Assembly: GCF_004010195.1 (NCBI RefSeq)
Contig: NC_057750.1
Coordinates: forward strand, 5,480,595 to 5,544,594
Length of the DNA: 64,000 nt
Direction of reading: 5' to 3'
Source of the DNA: Chiloscyllium plagiosum
Taxonomy: Eukaryota
The notes under the pieces were generated by a model. It saw nothing but the letters and a program-made list of their open reading frames with translations. It did no database searches and was not told where the DNA came from. The position numbers were made by a program, and so were the translations under genes. Positions within the stretch are counted from its first letter, which is position 1. Every line of letters starts with the position of its first letter. This document shows, piece after piece, positions 26,901 through 38,900 of this stretch.

Positions 26901-29900
26901 TCCCCTCCTTCGTGTGCACGCCTCCCTTCAGGTTCGAGAAGCTGCTGCAGGAGAAACAGGAGCTGGAAGTCATGATTCTGCAGCTCCAGGAGCAGATGAA
27001 ACTGTCCAGCACAGCATCTGTGGCCAAGGAGGTGAAAATCCTGAAAAAAATCATTCAGAGCTTGGAGGAGGAGCTGATGAAGGAGAAAACAAAAAATCAG
27101 AGAGCAGCAAATAAACGAAACCAAGAATACCGGCAGGTCTTGGATGAGGTGAGATCTGTGATGCTCAAGCCTTTGTATTAAATCTTGATGTTACAGAACC
27201 TTGAGTGTTGGTAAACTTTTCAGTTTTTCTTATGTTTCAGTCTGGAGAGCAAGACAAAATCTTCAACTTCAGGTCACAATCCAGCAGTGTTTCAATAATG
27301 TATTGCAAAAACAATTACAAATTTTAGCAAGCAGTCAGCAAACTGGCAGTTGTCTAGAAATTGAGATTTACCACTTGCTAATTTTTTTGATTGAAGAGTC
27401 TTCGTTAGGAGCCAAAAGGCTGCCACCATTACACCTCTCCATAGACGTCACTCTAAGTCACCTCTCGAAAGCACTGGTTCAGCCTCAACACTGTGTTGCT
27501 GTGGCCTATTGTGGACACCACACATCAGGAAGGATGTGAAGGTCTTCGAGAGGGTGCAGAAAAGACTCCTGTGAGTAATTCCAGAGAAAGTGGGGATGTA
27601 CTTCGTGGAAAGGAGAAGATTGAGAGGAGATTTATCTTAAAAACATGAAGTGCCTGGACTGAGCAGGTGGGGACAAACCGTTCTTAATCCTGTAGCAGAA
27701 AGATCAAGAATCAGAAGGCATCAGTTTATGGCGATTGACCAAAGAAACCATGGTATCATGAAGAAAATCATTTGAACATGACAAGTGATTTGGATCGTGT
27801 GCTGCATGAGAATGTGGTAGAGACAGAATCAATCATATGTTTCAAAGGGGAATTGGGCCATTATCTGAGGAGAAATATTCTGCAGTGTTACAGGGAAAAG
27901 ACAGCAAGCAGAGTGTCACTGGGTGAATTACTTTTGCAGCGAGTCAGCACAGACACAAGGGGCTGAATGGTCTCTTTCTGTACTATGACCATTGGACGAG
28001 ATTTACTTTTCAAGATAACCTGACAAAGCTACACAGGAGAGGTAGAAATACATAGCGGGATTTACCTTCTTGATGTTTATTACACTGAGAATGCAGCTGT
28101 TCCATGTCAGTTTATCTACTTACTTAGTGAATGCAACTCCCCAAAGCCAAGCAACAGCGTCATCATTTACTGTGTTTGTGGTGATGATTCTCTTGCTCCT
28201 CAGAAGTGTGCAGTGTTCTTTGTTTTTCCAGAGGTGCATAACGGGCTAGTACTCCGGCTCCAGCAATGGATTTGGCTGCCCAGGGGGCCCTGACTCGACC
28301 TGAACCAAGAGTCATAGAGATGCACAGCACGGAAACAGACCCTTTGGCCAACTCGTCCAGGCCAGCCAGATATCCTAAATCAACCTACTCCCATTTGCCA
28401 ACATTTGGCCCATATCCCTCTAAACTCCTTTTTGTATATCCAGGTACCTTTTAAAAGTTGTAATTGTACCAGCCTGCTCTGCTTCACCTGGCAGCGCATT
28501 CTGTACACGCAACACCCTTTGCATGAAAAGGATGCCCCCTTATGTCCCTTTTAAATCTTTCCCCTCTCACCTTAAACCTATGCCCACTAATTTTGGACCT
28601 TGGCTATTCACACCTCTCATGATTTTATAAACCTCTATAAGGTCTCCTCTCGGTGTCCGATGCTCCAGGGAAAATAGCCCCAGCCTATTTTAGAAAGGAC
28701 CATTCTAGCTAACCACTTGATGATTTTGTCGCAAGGAACTCGGTAACTTCCCACGTTTCCTGTTCCTTGATCAGAAAGATATCTGCTGGTAAAGCTTGCT
28801 CCAGAAGGTTGATCTATTAGGGGTATTGGGGGTGCTGTGATGGCAGGTGAGAAAGTGGTTAGATCAGGTCAGCTAGCCAATATTTAAACTCTACTAACCC
28901 AGCCTCCAACTTAATTTCACTTTTCTTCTTACAAAAAAATAGAAATTGTGATTGCTTTCAATACCCCTGGTGGTGATTTTCTCTTAAGAGTTTGATCATG
29001 AAATGTGGATGTCACAGACTAGCTAGTATTTACTACCCCTTCCTAATTGCTGCTTGATGAAGAGCTGGTGCTATCTTGAATCACTATGTTCAGTATGGTG
29101 TGGATACATTCACAGTGGTGTTCAGCTTTAGACACAGTCAGAAACGCTTTTTTTATTTAGGAAGTGACACTTTGTGAATATATGTGAACTCTTTCACTTG
29201 TTTACCCACTCCCTTCAATTACCCCTAATTTTGACTTTTGTGGTGGGCATTTAACAATGTTGCAGGGTGTATGTTTTGATATCGGATGCTGATAGGGATA
29301 TGATATCACATTGGACAGTGCTGAACGAACAGTAAGTAATAGTAAGCAAAACTAGAGACAGTTTTAAAAAAAAGACAGTGATGGATAAGCAGGGCTGTAC
29401 TGTTCTGAAAGTCATTTCATGCTGTCTGACCCTATGAGTCTAAGACTAACGCTGTGGTTTTGCTGCCCATTTCTATTCAGCTTTACATCTTGTCTGATCA
29501 GTGTGTTGGGTTCTGTGGTGTTATAATTCTACAAAAGTTAGGATTTAACTGTGTTGCTGCCAGCTCTTTGGTTAAACTGTCCAGTTAATCCCATACCTAT
29601 GCTCTTTCCCCGTAACGCTATATGTTTCTCCCCTTCAAGGATTCATCCAGTTCTCTCTGGAAGCTCTTTATTAAATCTCCTTAAAACACTCTTTCAGACA
29701 ACATGTTCAAGATTGCAGCAACTCGCTCCATAATTTTCTATTCTCCCTCTGTTTCTCTTTGCTGATTGTCTTCAACCTGTGTACCTCTTGTAACTGACCC
29801 TTCTGTCACTGCAATCAGTTTCTTCTGTATCATTGGTATCAAAGTCTTTCCTGTTCTATCAAATGTCCTTTTCACTTTCTCTGTTCGAAGGAGAGCAACC

Positions 29901-32900
29901 CCAGGCTTCTCCAGACCTCCCACACCGTTGAATAATTGTGTTTTTTTTTTCATTTTTCAAAATTTCAGCTGGAAGACGTAAAGGCTTCAGAGCGGAAACT
30001 GAAGGTGCGAATGAAGAACCTGACCACAGAGTTGAATTTGTACAAAAGGGGGTGAGTTCTTATCAGAATGTCAACGTACCTGCAGAAATCCCTGCCCGCT
30101 CATTCGTGAGGCTGTACCAAATTAACTCAAACCTGCTGAGGCATTTATTCTCCACATTCAGGGCTAGGGAGGAGCAAGTTATTCAATGAGCCTGTTGTAC
30201 TGTGGTGACTGGGTGAGGACAATCTGCTGAATTTCAGTGTATTACTGAGTGGAGGTTAGAAAAAACTAACAAGTATTCCCCTAGTAACCGCCTTTATGAC
30301 AGTTACCGAGGGGACGGCCTTATGTTTGGCTGTAACACTGAAGTGTGTATCTTACGAGCAAAAGCACTGCCCAATCCTGTTCATGTGTGGAGTAGTGGGT
30401 AATGTCAATGATAGTTCAGAGGCCTGTACTTTAACTGAAAGGGACGCGGATTCAAATCCAGGAGATTCAGAACTCCCCAGTTTCCAGACTCTCCAAGGAA
30501 AGTCCCCAGCTCTGGAGTAAATCTGAGATTTCAGATAGTTCTGACCTACTTACCTGAATAGTTACCCATGAGAGTTTAGACAGGCCTAGGCTTTTTTCTA
30601 ACTCATGGGCGACTTTAGAACTGATACCCGCTCCCCTCTCAATCAATCATACCAACTTTCTCTCCCAGCTAGTTTGACGGATTGGATTGAATAGCCCATA
30701 TATGTGCTGTCAATTTTCTATTTTAAAAATTATTTTGTCTTGAATTTCAATGTCATATTTGAAATAATATCTTGTTATTTACTTTTCTTAATGTATAACC
30801 ATCCTGACTGGAATTTCCCAATCTCTATGATAGAATTCTCCTGTAACGACTCGGCCCTGTACCAATAATTTCTACTCTGCAGTCCTACATGTGACTGCTC
30901 CTGTAAAACACTTTGGGATCTTTTTATTGTTAGATTCCAGTGTTTCTATTGGACACTTTTAAAATATTGCTCCCTTTTTATCCCCCAGTTCTCTACACCT
31001 AATTTTCATGCTTTTTCTCATTTTTCAGTCGCTTGACTCCAGTGGGACCCTCTCCCCAGAACCGATCAAATTTAAATCTCAGCTCCGGCCATCGTTCTCA
31101 GACCAGGACAGATTCGGCTGGCAGAGTTCGGCAGGACAGTCAGTCGGCCTTGCGGGAAAGAAGCAAGCAGTGGTCAGGGTCCCAAGAGAGGGAGAGATCT
31201 ACATCCAGAGAGAGAAGTGGCCGGTGGTCATCGTTTAGAGAGAGGGAACGGTCTTCCTCCAGAGACAGCCAGCAAAGAAATCGTTCCCGTACTCCCAGAC
31301 TGTCACCCTCTCCAGCAGGTACAACTTCTCCAAAAGAGAAAATGGTTACGAGTTCAAGTGAGAATCATTCAGTAGTGCAGCACTTTCATAGGCCATTGAG
31401 CCTAGACCCAGAGTGCATTATTTCAGAATAAGGGATCAAATGTTTCAGACAGAGAAATGAATGAATGTCTTCTAAGTATGGTAGATCTGGAACTCTTTAC
31501 CACAGAGGCTGGGTCATTAAGCATATTCAAGGCCGAGGTAGACAGATTTTCAATCAGTTACAGATTTGAGGGTTATGGGGAAACAGCAGGAAAGTGGAGT
31601 TGAAGATTATTGACCATGTTCTGAATGATTGAGCAGATTCAATGGGCTTGAATGGCCTACTTCTGCTTCTGTGTCTTTTGAGCCAATTGAGTCAGTGCTG
31701 GCTTTTCCAAAGAACAATCCTGTTCATTTTGCTCCCCTTTAACTGAAAGGGACGCAAATTCAAATCCAGGAGATTCAGAACTCTCCAGCTTCCCAGACTC
31801 TCCGAGGAAAATCCCCAGCTGTGGAGTAAATCTGAGATTTCAGATAGTTCTGACCTACTTACCTGAATAGTTACCCATTCTCTTCCTTATTCTTTTGAGT
31901 ATTTGTTCAGGTTCTTCTGAAAGTTATTCTGAAATCAGTATCCAACACACAACATTCCAAATCCTAATTATTAAAAAAAATTTACCTCATGTTTCTGGTT
32001 CTTCTGCCCAGCCAGTCTCCTAAATCTTTTATCTTTGGCAATCCCTCTTCAGCCTTTGGAAACTGCTTCCTTTTATTTTCTCAGTCTAAACTCATGAATT
32101 CATGTGCCTTGATGAACTCTCCTTAACTTTCTGTGCTCAAGAGGGAAATCTCCACCTTCTGTAGTCTATCCCCATAATTGTTATGCCTCATCCCTGGCAG
32201 AACTGAGGATCTTTGTTTATTTAGTTGGGCATTGCGTTAACACCTTCCTTATGCTGTCTCAGCAAGGCAACCTTTGCGCTTTACGAATGTGTACATTGGT
32301 GTATACAATATCATTTTGGGACATCTTGTGTCTGTATCATGCAGTTCCTTAGGCCAGGCATATACAGTCAAACAGCAAAGAAATGGACGCTTCGATGCAA
32401 CCAGTCCATGCCAACTACAGTGTTTAAATTGGCACAAGCCCATAGGCATAAGTTAGCAATAAAAGGTTTTTTTCCCAAAATAACTGATGGAATAAAAACT
32501 ACTGCATTAAATGCGTCTTATGTAGACCAGTGAGTTCATAGCTAAAATGTTTCTATTGTATATGCACAAAGCTGGAACATTTTAATGTACCCTGTTGTCA
32601 TTCTCTTTCCTGTATCCCAGATCTAAATCCCAGATTTGAAGTAACAATTACAATAGCAGTCACAATATTATCCCTATTATAATATCTTCTGAACTTTGCA
32701 GCTTTAAGCTAGAGATTCCACATTTGTTTTCAATTAATTTATCTCTGACTTTTTTTTTCTTCCCTTCAGGTTGAGTATTTACTCGTTGCCCATATCAAAA
32801 CTGCTGTCTCTACTTTGCATTCTCCTTCAGACCCATCTCCCTCATCTGCACCCGCATTCTTTACCTCCTCACCACATTTGCAGTCACCCGTGGATTCTGC

Positions 32901-35900
32901 CTCTCCAGTTTACGGGGATGATCTTGCTTTTGGTTGATTTTGGAGGCAGGGCAATACTGCCCAAGCCTTCTGAAGGGACAGGCCCTGTTTATTGGAACTA
33001 TGGGCAACTCTTTCCCATCCTAATTGCTCTTGAACTAAGTCATTTGCTAAGGCCATTTCAGAGGTCAGTTATGAGTCAACCACATTGTTGTTAGTCTGAA
33101 TTCAGATGCCCGCTAGACCAGGTAAGGATGATAGATTTCCTTCCTCAACATTAGTGAACCAGATTGATTTTTATTTTCGTTGATAATTGTGTTTCGTATT
33201 ACTGAGACCAGCTTTCAACTCCAGTTTTATTAATTGAACCTGCGTCCCCAGTCTGGGCCGCTAGTACCACCATCCCCATCTCCCCCAGCAGTGTTGCTCT
33301 ATGGTATTAGAATTTAGGTGGGGAATCAACCAATCAACTAAAGAACCCAGAGAACTCTAGAAGCACTGCATTAGGATGCTCGATGTTGTTCAGAAACAGA
33401 GCTTCATTGGTGGGATATAGTCAAACTCTTCTTGTTCTCCTCAGGAACTAGGCAAACCCGTTTCAACCCCACGGCATATGTGCACAACAAGGAGCAGAAG
33501 CAGAAGGAGACAGAGCAGAGAAAGTAAGTTATTAAAAGGTGAAATTGCAAAATAAAAATATTGAATAACATGACCTTAGTCTTTACGTCACAGCTTGCAG
33601 AGATTCCTGGTAAGTGAGACCACTTTTTACTGTTATGGTGATGTAGATGTGCACTGGTTCTGTATTTCTGTCTTGTTGGATATATTTTTAGATTCCCAGT
33701 ATTACAGTATAACTCTAGAAAAGGATGTCTAATGCAGTCGGTAGTGCATAGTGTTACTCTGTCTCTGGGATGTAAAGGGATGGACTCTGCAGAAAGAGGC
33801 TGAGGGGGGGATAACAGCTTTTGAAATCTAGATGCGGCCAAGGATTCCAAGAATTAGCTGAATGGACAAAAGGACCAAAGGGTGGGTTAGATGAAGAGTG
33901 GCATGTTCAGGAATCAAAAGTACAATTAGAGAGAGAGCGAGAGAGCCATGTTCCAACATTGGAAACGAAAACCTGACCGCTTTGTCCTGGCAACAATTGA
34001 AGCAGAAATTGAGGTTAAAAAGAGAAGGGGAATCAGTCAAATTGGATGGGTGGATAACATTGAGACATGCACTAATGAAGGTGTGAAGAAAGCCCATGGA
34101 GAAACTAGGTAAAGCCACTGGTATTGAATGTACTTTGCGAATTCTAGCTAGGTTGGTTCAGTCTCTTGCAGGTGCCCTGGGCTCTGTGAGGAATCCAGGG
34201 AGAGACTCCACTTTAATGTGGATGACCTCAGTATTTTCTTATTCTGTGATTACCCACTATTGCACAAATCTACCATCAAAACTTCTTCCCTCAGCAATCC
34301 TGAGGGGCTGCAGTGATTCAAGGGTTGAATTTAATGCCAAGTTGTAAAAAATCAACTTTGTACTTCTTGCAAAATACCCGATTACTAGCATCCTGAAATA
34401 AAGGCAAGTACTGGAAGCCCTCGGGTGCCATGTGCGGAGAGAGAAGCAGTCAACGTTGTATGTTTTGCCAGAACTGAGGGGTTGGTTGAGGGATAGAAAT
34501 TGTCCACGCCATTGCTGAGAACTCCCCTTCCCTTCAAAATAGTTGCTTTGGGAGATTTTATGTTCAACCGGGAGGGTAGCCAAGGACTTGATTTTTCACT
34601 TCATCAGAAAAATGGTGCCTCTGACAGTGCTGCACTGCCTTTGACAAATAGTGCATGGGCTTTGACAGTATGGACCTTGAGCTGCAGTCACTGATATGGG
34701 ACCAAATTTCATGTCTGAGAAGTGTGTGCGCTGAACTCTGAGAGATACCTGTCCAGAGAAGGAGTTTGCACAGAGAAAATACATCAACACTGACCTGAAG
34801 AGCAAATCTACCGAGGAAGATACAAAGGGAAGATTCGACAGCTGCCTGGTTTTGAAATTTGAATTTTTCAGTAAATCTTATTTGGGGGTTTTATTGGATT
34901 AGTATTATAGAAGGGAAAATATAACATAGATTAGAGAAAGGAGTTGTAAATAGTTGTTAGATAATTATTCTCTGTTATACTTTAAGAAATAAGTTGTTAA
35001 TTTTTACTTTAAATAGTTCTTGGCCTCTCGAATTTTCACAGATTACTGCACGGGATAAATTTTTTTGTGTTTTAAATTAAGCCGAAGGATTTGCCCCGTG
35101 ATGTAACCCTATCTCCCTCCATCTCCTCCACTCTGTCTCCCTCTCTCCCCTCTGCAGCTTGAGGAGGATCTACAGGGGCATGAACCTCCTGACCGATGAG
35201 GAACGAGGAAGGTCGAAATCCAAGAACTGCTCCCGCGAAGGCAGTGCCAGCAAAGTACAAACAAGTGGTCACAGTCGTGGGCGAAGCTCATCGGGTAAGG
35301 GTATGGGCTGATCTTGGAAAAGCTGACAATCGGGTCCCACTTACACTGAGCCTGAATGTCAGGAAATTTTTCTACAACCAATTTGACCAAATTCGGGGGA
35401 CGAAATGAACCAGAATATGTTAGAAATTCTGTTAGCTTTTGTGAAAATGTTGGGAAGACTGAGAAATCTCTCCCACTTCAGAACTCTCGTCTTATGCAGT
35501 TTTGATGACGTTTTTAAATGTAATTAATTGGCTACCTCAAATTGGCCAGTAATACAATGAGAACAGGATGGAAGCAACGTGTGGTTATAGCTGGAAGTCA
35601 TGGGAATTTGCTGTATGGGTTGCATTAGAGATACAAGTAGATCTTGAGTGTACCATAAAGATCCTTTTCTGAACCTTCTTGGGAACATAAGGTATATCGG
35701 CACAATTAGGCCATTCGACCCATCATGCCTGCCCCATCATTCGACTATGGCTGATATGTTTCTCAACCCTATTCTCCTGCTTTTACCTTGTAACCCTTGA
35801 TCCCCTTACTAATCAAGAACCTATCCATCTCTGTCTCAAAGACAGTCAATAACTTGGCCTCCACAACCTTCTGCAGCAATGGGTCCCACAGATTCACCAC

Positions 35901-38900
35901 ACTCTAGCTGAAGAAATTCTTCCTCCTCTCAGTTCTAAAGGGTTGTCCCTCCACTCTCAGGCTGTACCCTTGGATCCTAGTCTCTCCTATGAGGGGAAAC
36001 ATCTTCTCCACGTCCACTGTATCCAGGCCTCTCAGTATTCTGTAAGTTTCAATCAGATTGCCCCCAGTCCTTCCCAAGTGCAGACCCAGACTCCTCAAGC
36101 CCCTTATCCCTGGGATCATTCTTGTAAACCTCCCCTGGACCCCCTCCAAGGCCAGCACATTCGTCCTTTGGTAAGGGGCCCAAAACTGCTCTCAATATTC
36201 CAAAATTGACCAGAGCCTTATACAGCCTCAGCAGTAGATCCGTGTTCTTGTATTCTAGTCTAGTTGGTAGTGTTTGTCTGAATTCAGTGCTTGCAGCACA
36301 GTTTATTTGGATAATAAACTGATGATCAGCTTGTCAAAGTTGGTGATGGCCCTAAAGTAAACACAACGGCTGAGTCAGAGAATGCAGATGACAACATGTG
36401 AGGAATGATGAGAGAATGTTAAGCACTTTGACCTTTGAAGAGAAGTATTAAAGGCACCTAATAGATGTAGATGAAATATTAACTTGTTTGAAGAAAAATC
36501 TGCCAGGTCTTGGGGTTTGGGAGGGCAGGGAGTGTGTATCCAACGCTTGGAGATGTGCAGGAAGGAAGAGAGCAGGAGTCTGTGTGAAGTTATCTTTGCG
36601 TGTGTGTGTGTGTATACGCACACACACACACCCCCAATCCATCGATGCAGCTTGAGCATAGGAAGCGGAGAGGTGACTTTATATCATGAGGGCATAGACA
36701 AGGTGAATAGCAAAGGTCTGTTCCCCAGGGTAAGGATGTCCAAAAGTAGAGAACATTGATTTAAGAACATAGGGAAAGGTTTAAAAGGCATCTGAGGGGC
36801 AACGTTTTCACGCAGAAGTTGGTGCATTTGTTGAACCAAAGCCATTTGGACAGGTACATTGATAGGAAAAGTTTAGAGGAATATGGGCCAAACACAGGCA
36901 AATGGGACCAGTTCAATTTAGGAGACCTGGTTATTATGGACAAATGGATAGGTTAGGCTGAAGTGCCCTATGACTCAGTGTCCCTTCTGCACCTCTCTGG
37001 TTCAGGAGTGGGTTGATTCCTCTGCGGTGCTGAAACTTTATTGCTGGAACAGCACAGCAGGTCAGGCAGCATCTAGGGAACAGAAGATTCGACGTTTCGG
37101 GCACATGCCCTTCTTCAGGAATGAGCAGAGAGTGTTCAGCAGGAGAAGATAAAAGGTAGGGAGGAGGGACTTGGAGGAGGGGCGTTGGAAATGTGATAGG
37201 TGGAAAGAGGTCAAGGTGAGGGTGATAGGTCGGAGTAGGGTGGAGGCGGAGAGGTCAAGAAGAAGACTGCAGGTCAGGAAGGCGGTGCCGGGCTGGAGGG
37301 ATTCGGCTGAGACAAGGTGGGGGGAGGGGGGATGAAGAAACTGGTGAAGTCCAAGTTCATCCCCTGCGGTTGGAGGGTTCCCAGTCGGAAGATAAGACGC
37401 TCCTCCTCCGACCGTCGCGTTCTTGTGGTTTGGCGGTGGATGAGTCCAATGACCTGCATATCCTCGGTGGAGTGGGAGGGGGAGTTGAAATGCTGTGCCA
37501 CAGGTTGGTTGGGTTGGTTCGTCCGGGTGGCCCAGAGGTGCTCTCTGAATCGCTCCGCAAGTAGGCGGCCTGTCTCCCCAATATAGAGGAGGCCACACCG
37601 GCTGCAGCGGATGCAGTAGATGATGTGGGTGGAGGTGCAGGTGAATCTGTGGCGGATATGGAAGTTTCCCTTGGGGCCTTGGAGAGAAGTGAGGGGGGAG
37701 GTGTGGGCGCAAATGTTGCACCTCGTGCGGATGAAAGGGAAGGTGCCGGGAGTGGTGGTTGGGGCGGTGGGGGGTGTGGATCTGACAAGGGAGTAAGTTG
37801 TCCCTGACCCAGGTTTCTCACTCTCCAACTGAATTCTAAGTTCTACCATGTTATGATCACTGTTCCCTAGAGGAATTCTTTTACTCTGAAATAATTTATT
37901 AGATCTGTCTGTTTACACATCATCACATCCAAATTGGCTTGATCCCTGTTTGGATGCAAAACATAGTTCTAAGAAAGCAACTGTCTTGAATATGCTTTGA
38001 ATTCTCATTGTGACTACCTTTGCCAATTTGATTTTCCCAATGTAAATGAAAATTAAATTACCCATGATTAATGGACTGCCTTTTTTACATGTCTTCACAC
38101 CTGATTTATTCTTTGTCCTGCAGAATAGTACTGTTAAGAAGTTTATAAGCTACTCCCACTAGTGTCTTCTTTCCCTTAGTATTTCTTACGTTCACTTGCA
38201 TGAATTTTGTATCATCCAATTTTAGATTGTTTCCTGCTATCATATTTATTCCATCTCATTAACAAAGCTACCTCACCACCCTTCCCTTTCTGCCTTCCAT
38301 TTAGAAAAGTCTCATACCCCTGAATCATTGGTTCCTAGCTTTGATCGTCTTATAACCACATCTCCATATGGCTATAAGATCGTACCTATTAACTTGTTAT
38401 TATGCCATTATTGTTCTGAATGTTATACGCACTTATGTAAAAAGCCATATTTTTAAACCATATTTTTCTCTTTGTTATCTTCTTTAAGCTTATACAGACC
38501 TTTCCTTTCAGTCCCATGCAGAATTATTATCAGAGTAGTTGTCCTGGAATTCTGCCATATCCTTTTGCTTTGTAAGCATATGCATCTCTCCTTCACCCAC
38601 CAATACACTCCCAAGTCAGTTTAAAGCCCTCTCTACAGCCCTAGTTATTCATTTTTCCAGGTTATTGGTTCCAGGAAAGTTCAGGTGAAGCCTGTCCCAA
38701 TGGAACAGCCTCCCTTCTACCCTAGTGCCAGTACCTTATGGATTGAAACCCATTCCTGCCACACCACTCTTTAGCCCATATATTTAACCTCTTAACTTTA
38801 TTTACCATGTCCCAGTTTATCTCTGGCTGTGGTAGTAATTCTGAGATGATTATTTTGGAGGTCTGTTTTTACAAAGGCTTCCAGCTGAACCTGATGATAA

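Noticed and set aside
37062-37821. Overlapping 219-aa and 154-aa ORFs
   Set aside because: Alternative frames of the GC-rich Penelope GIY-YIG region.
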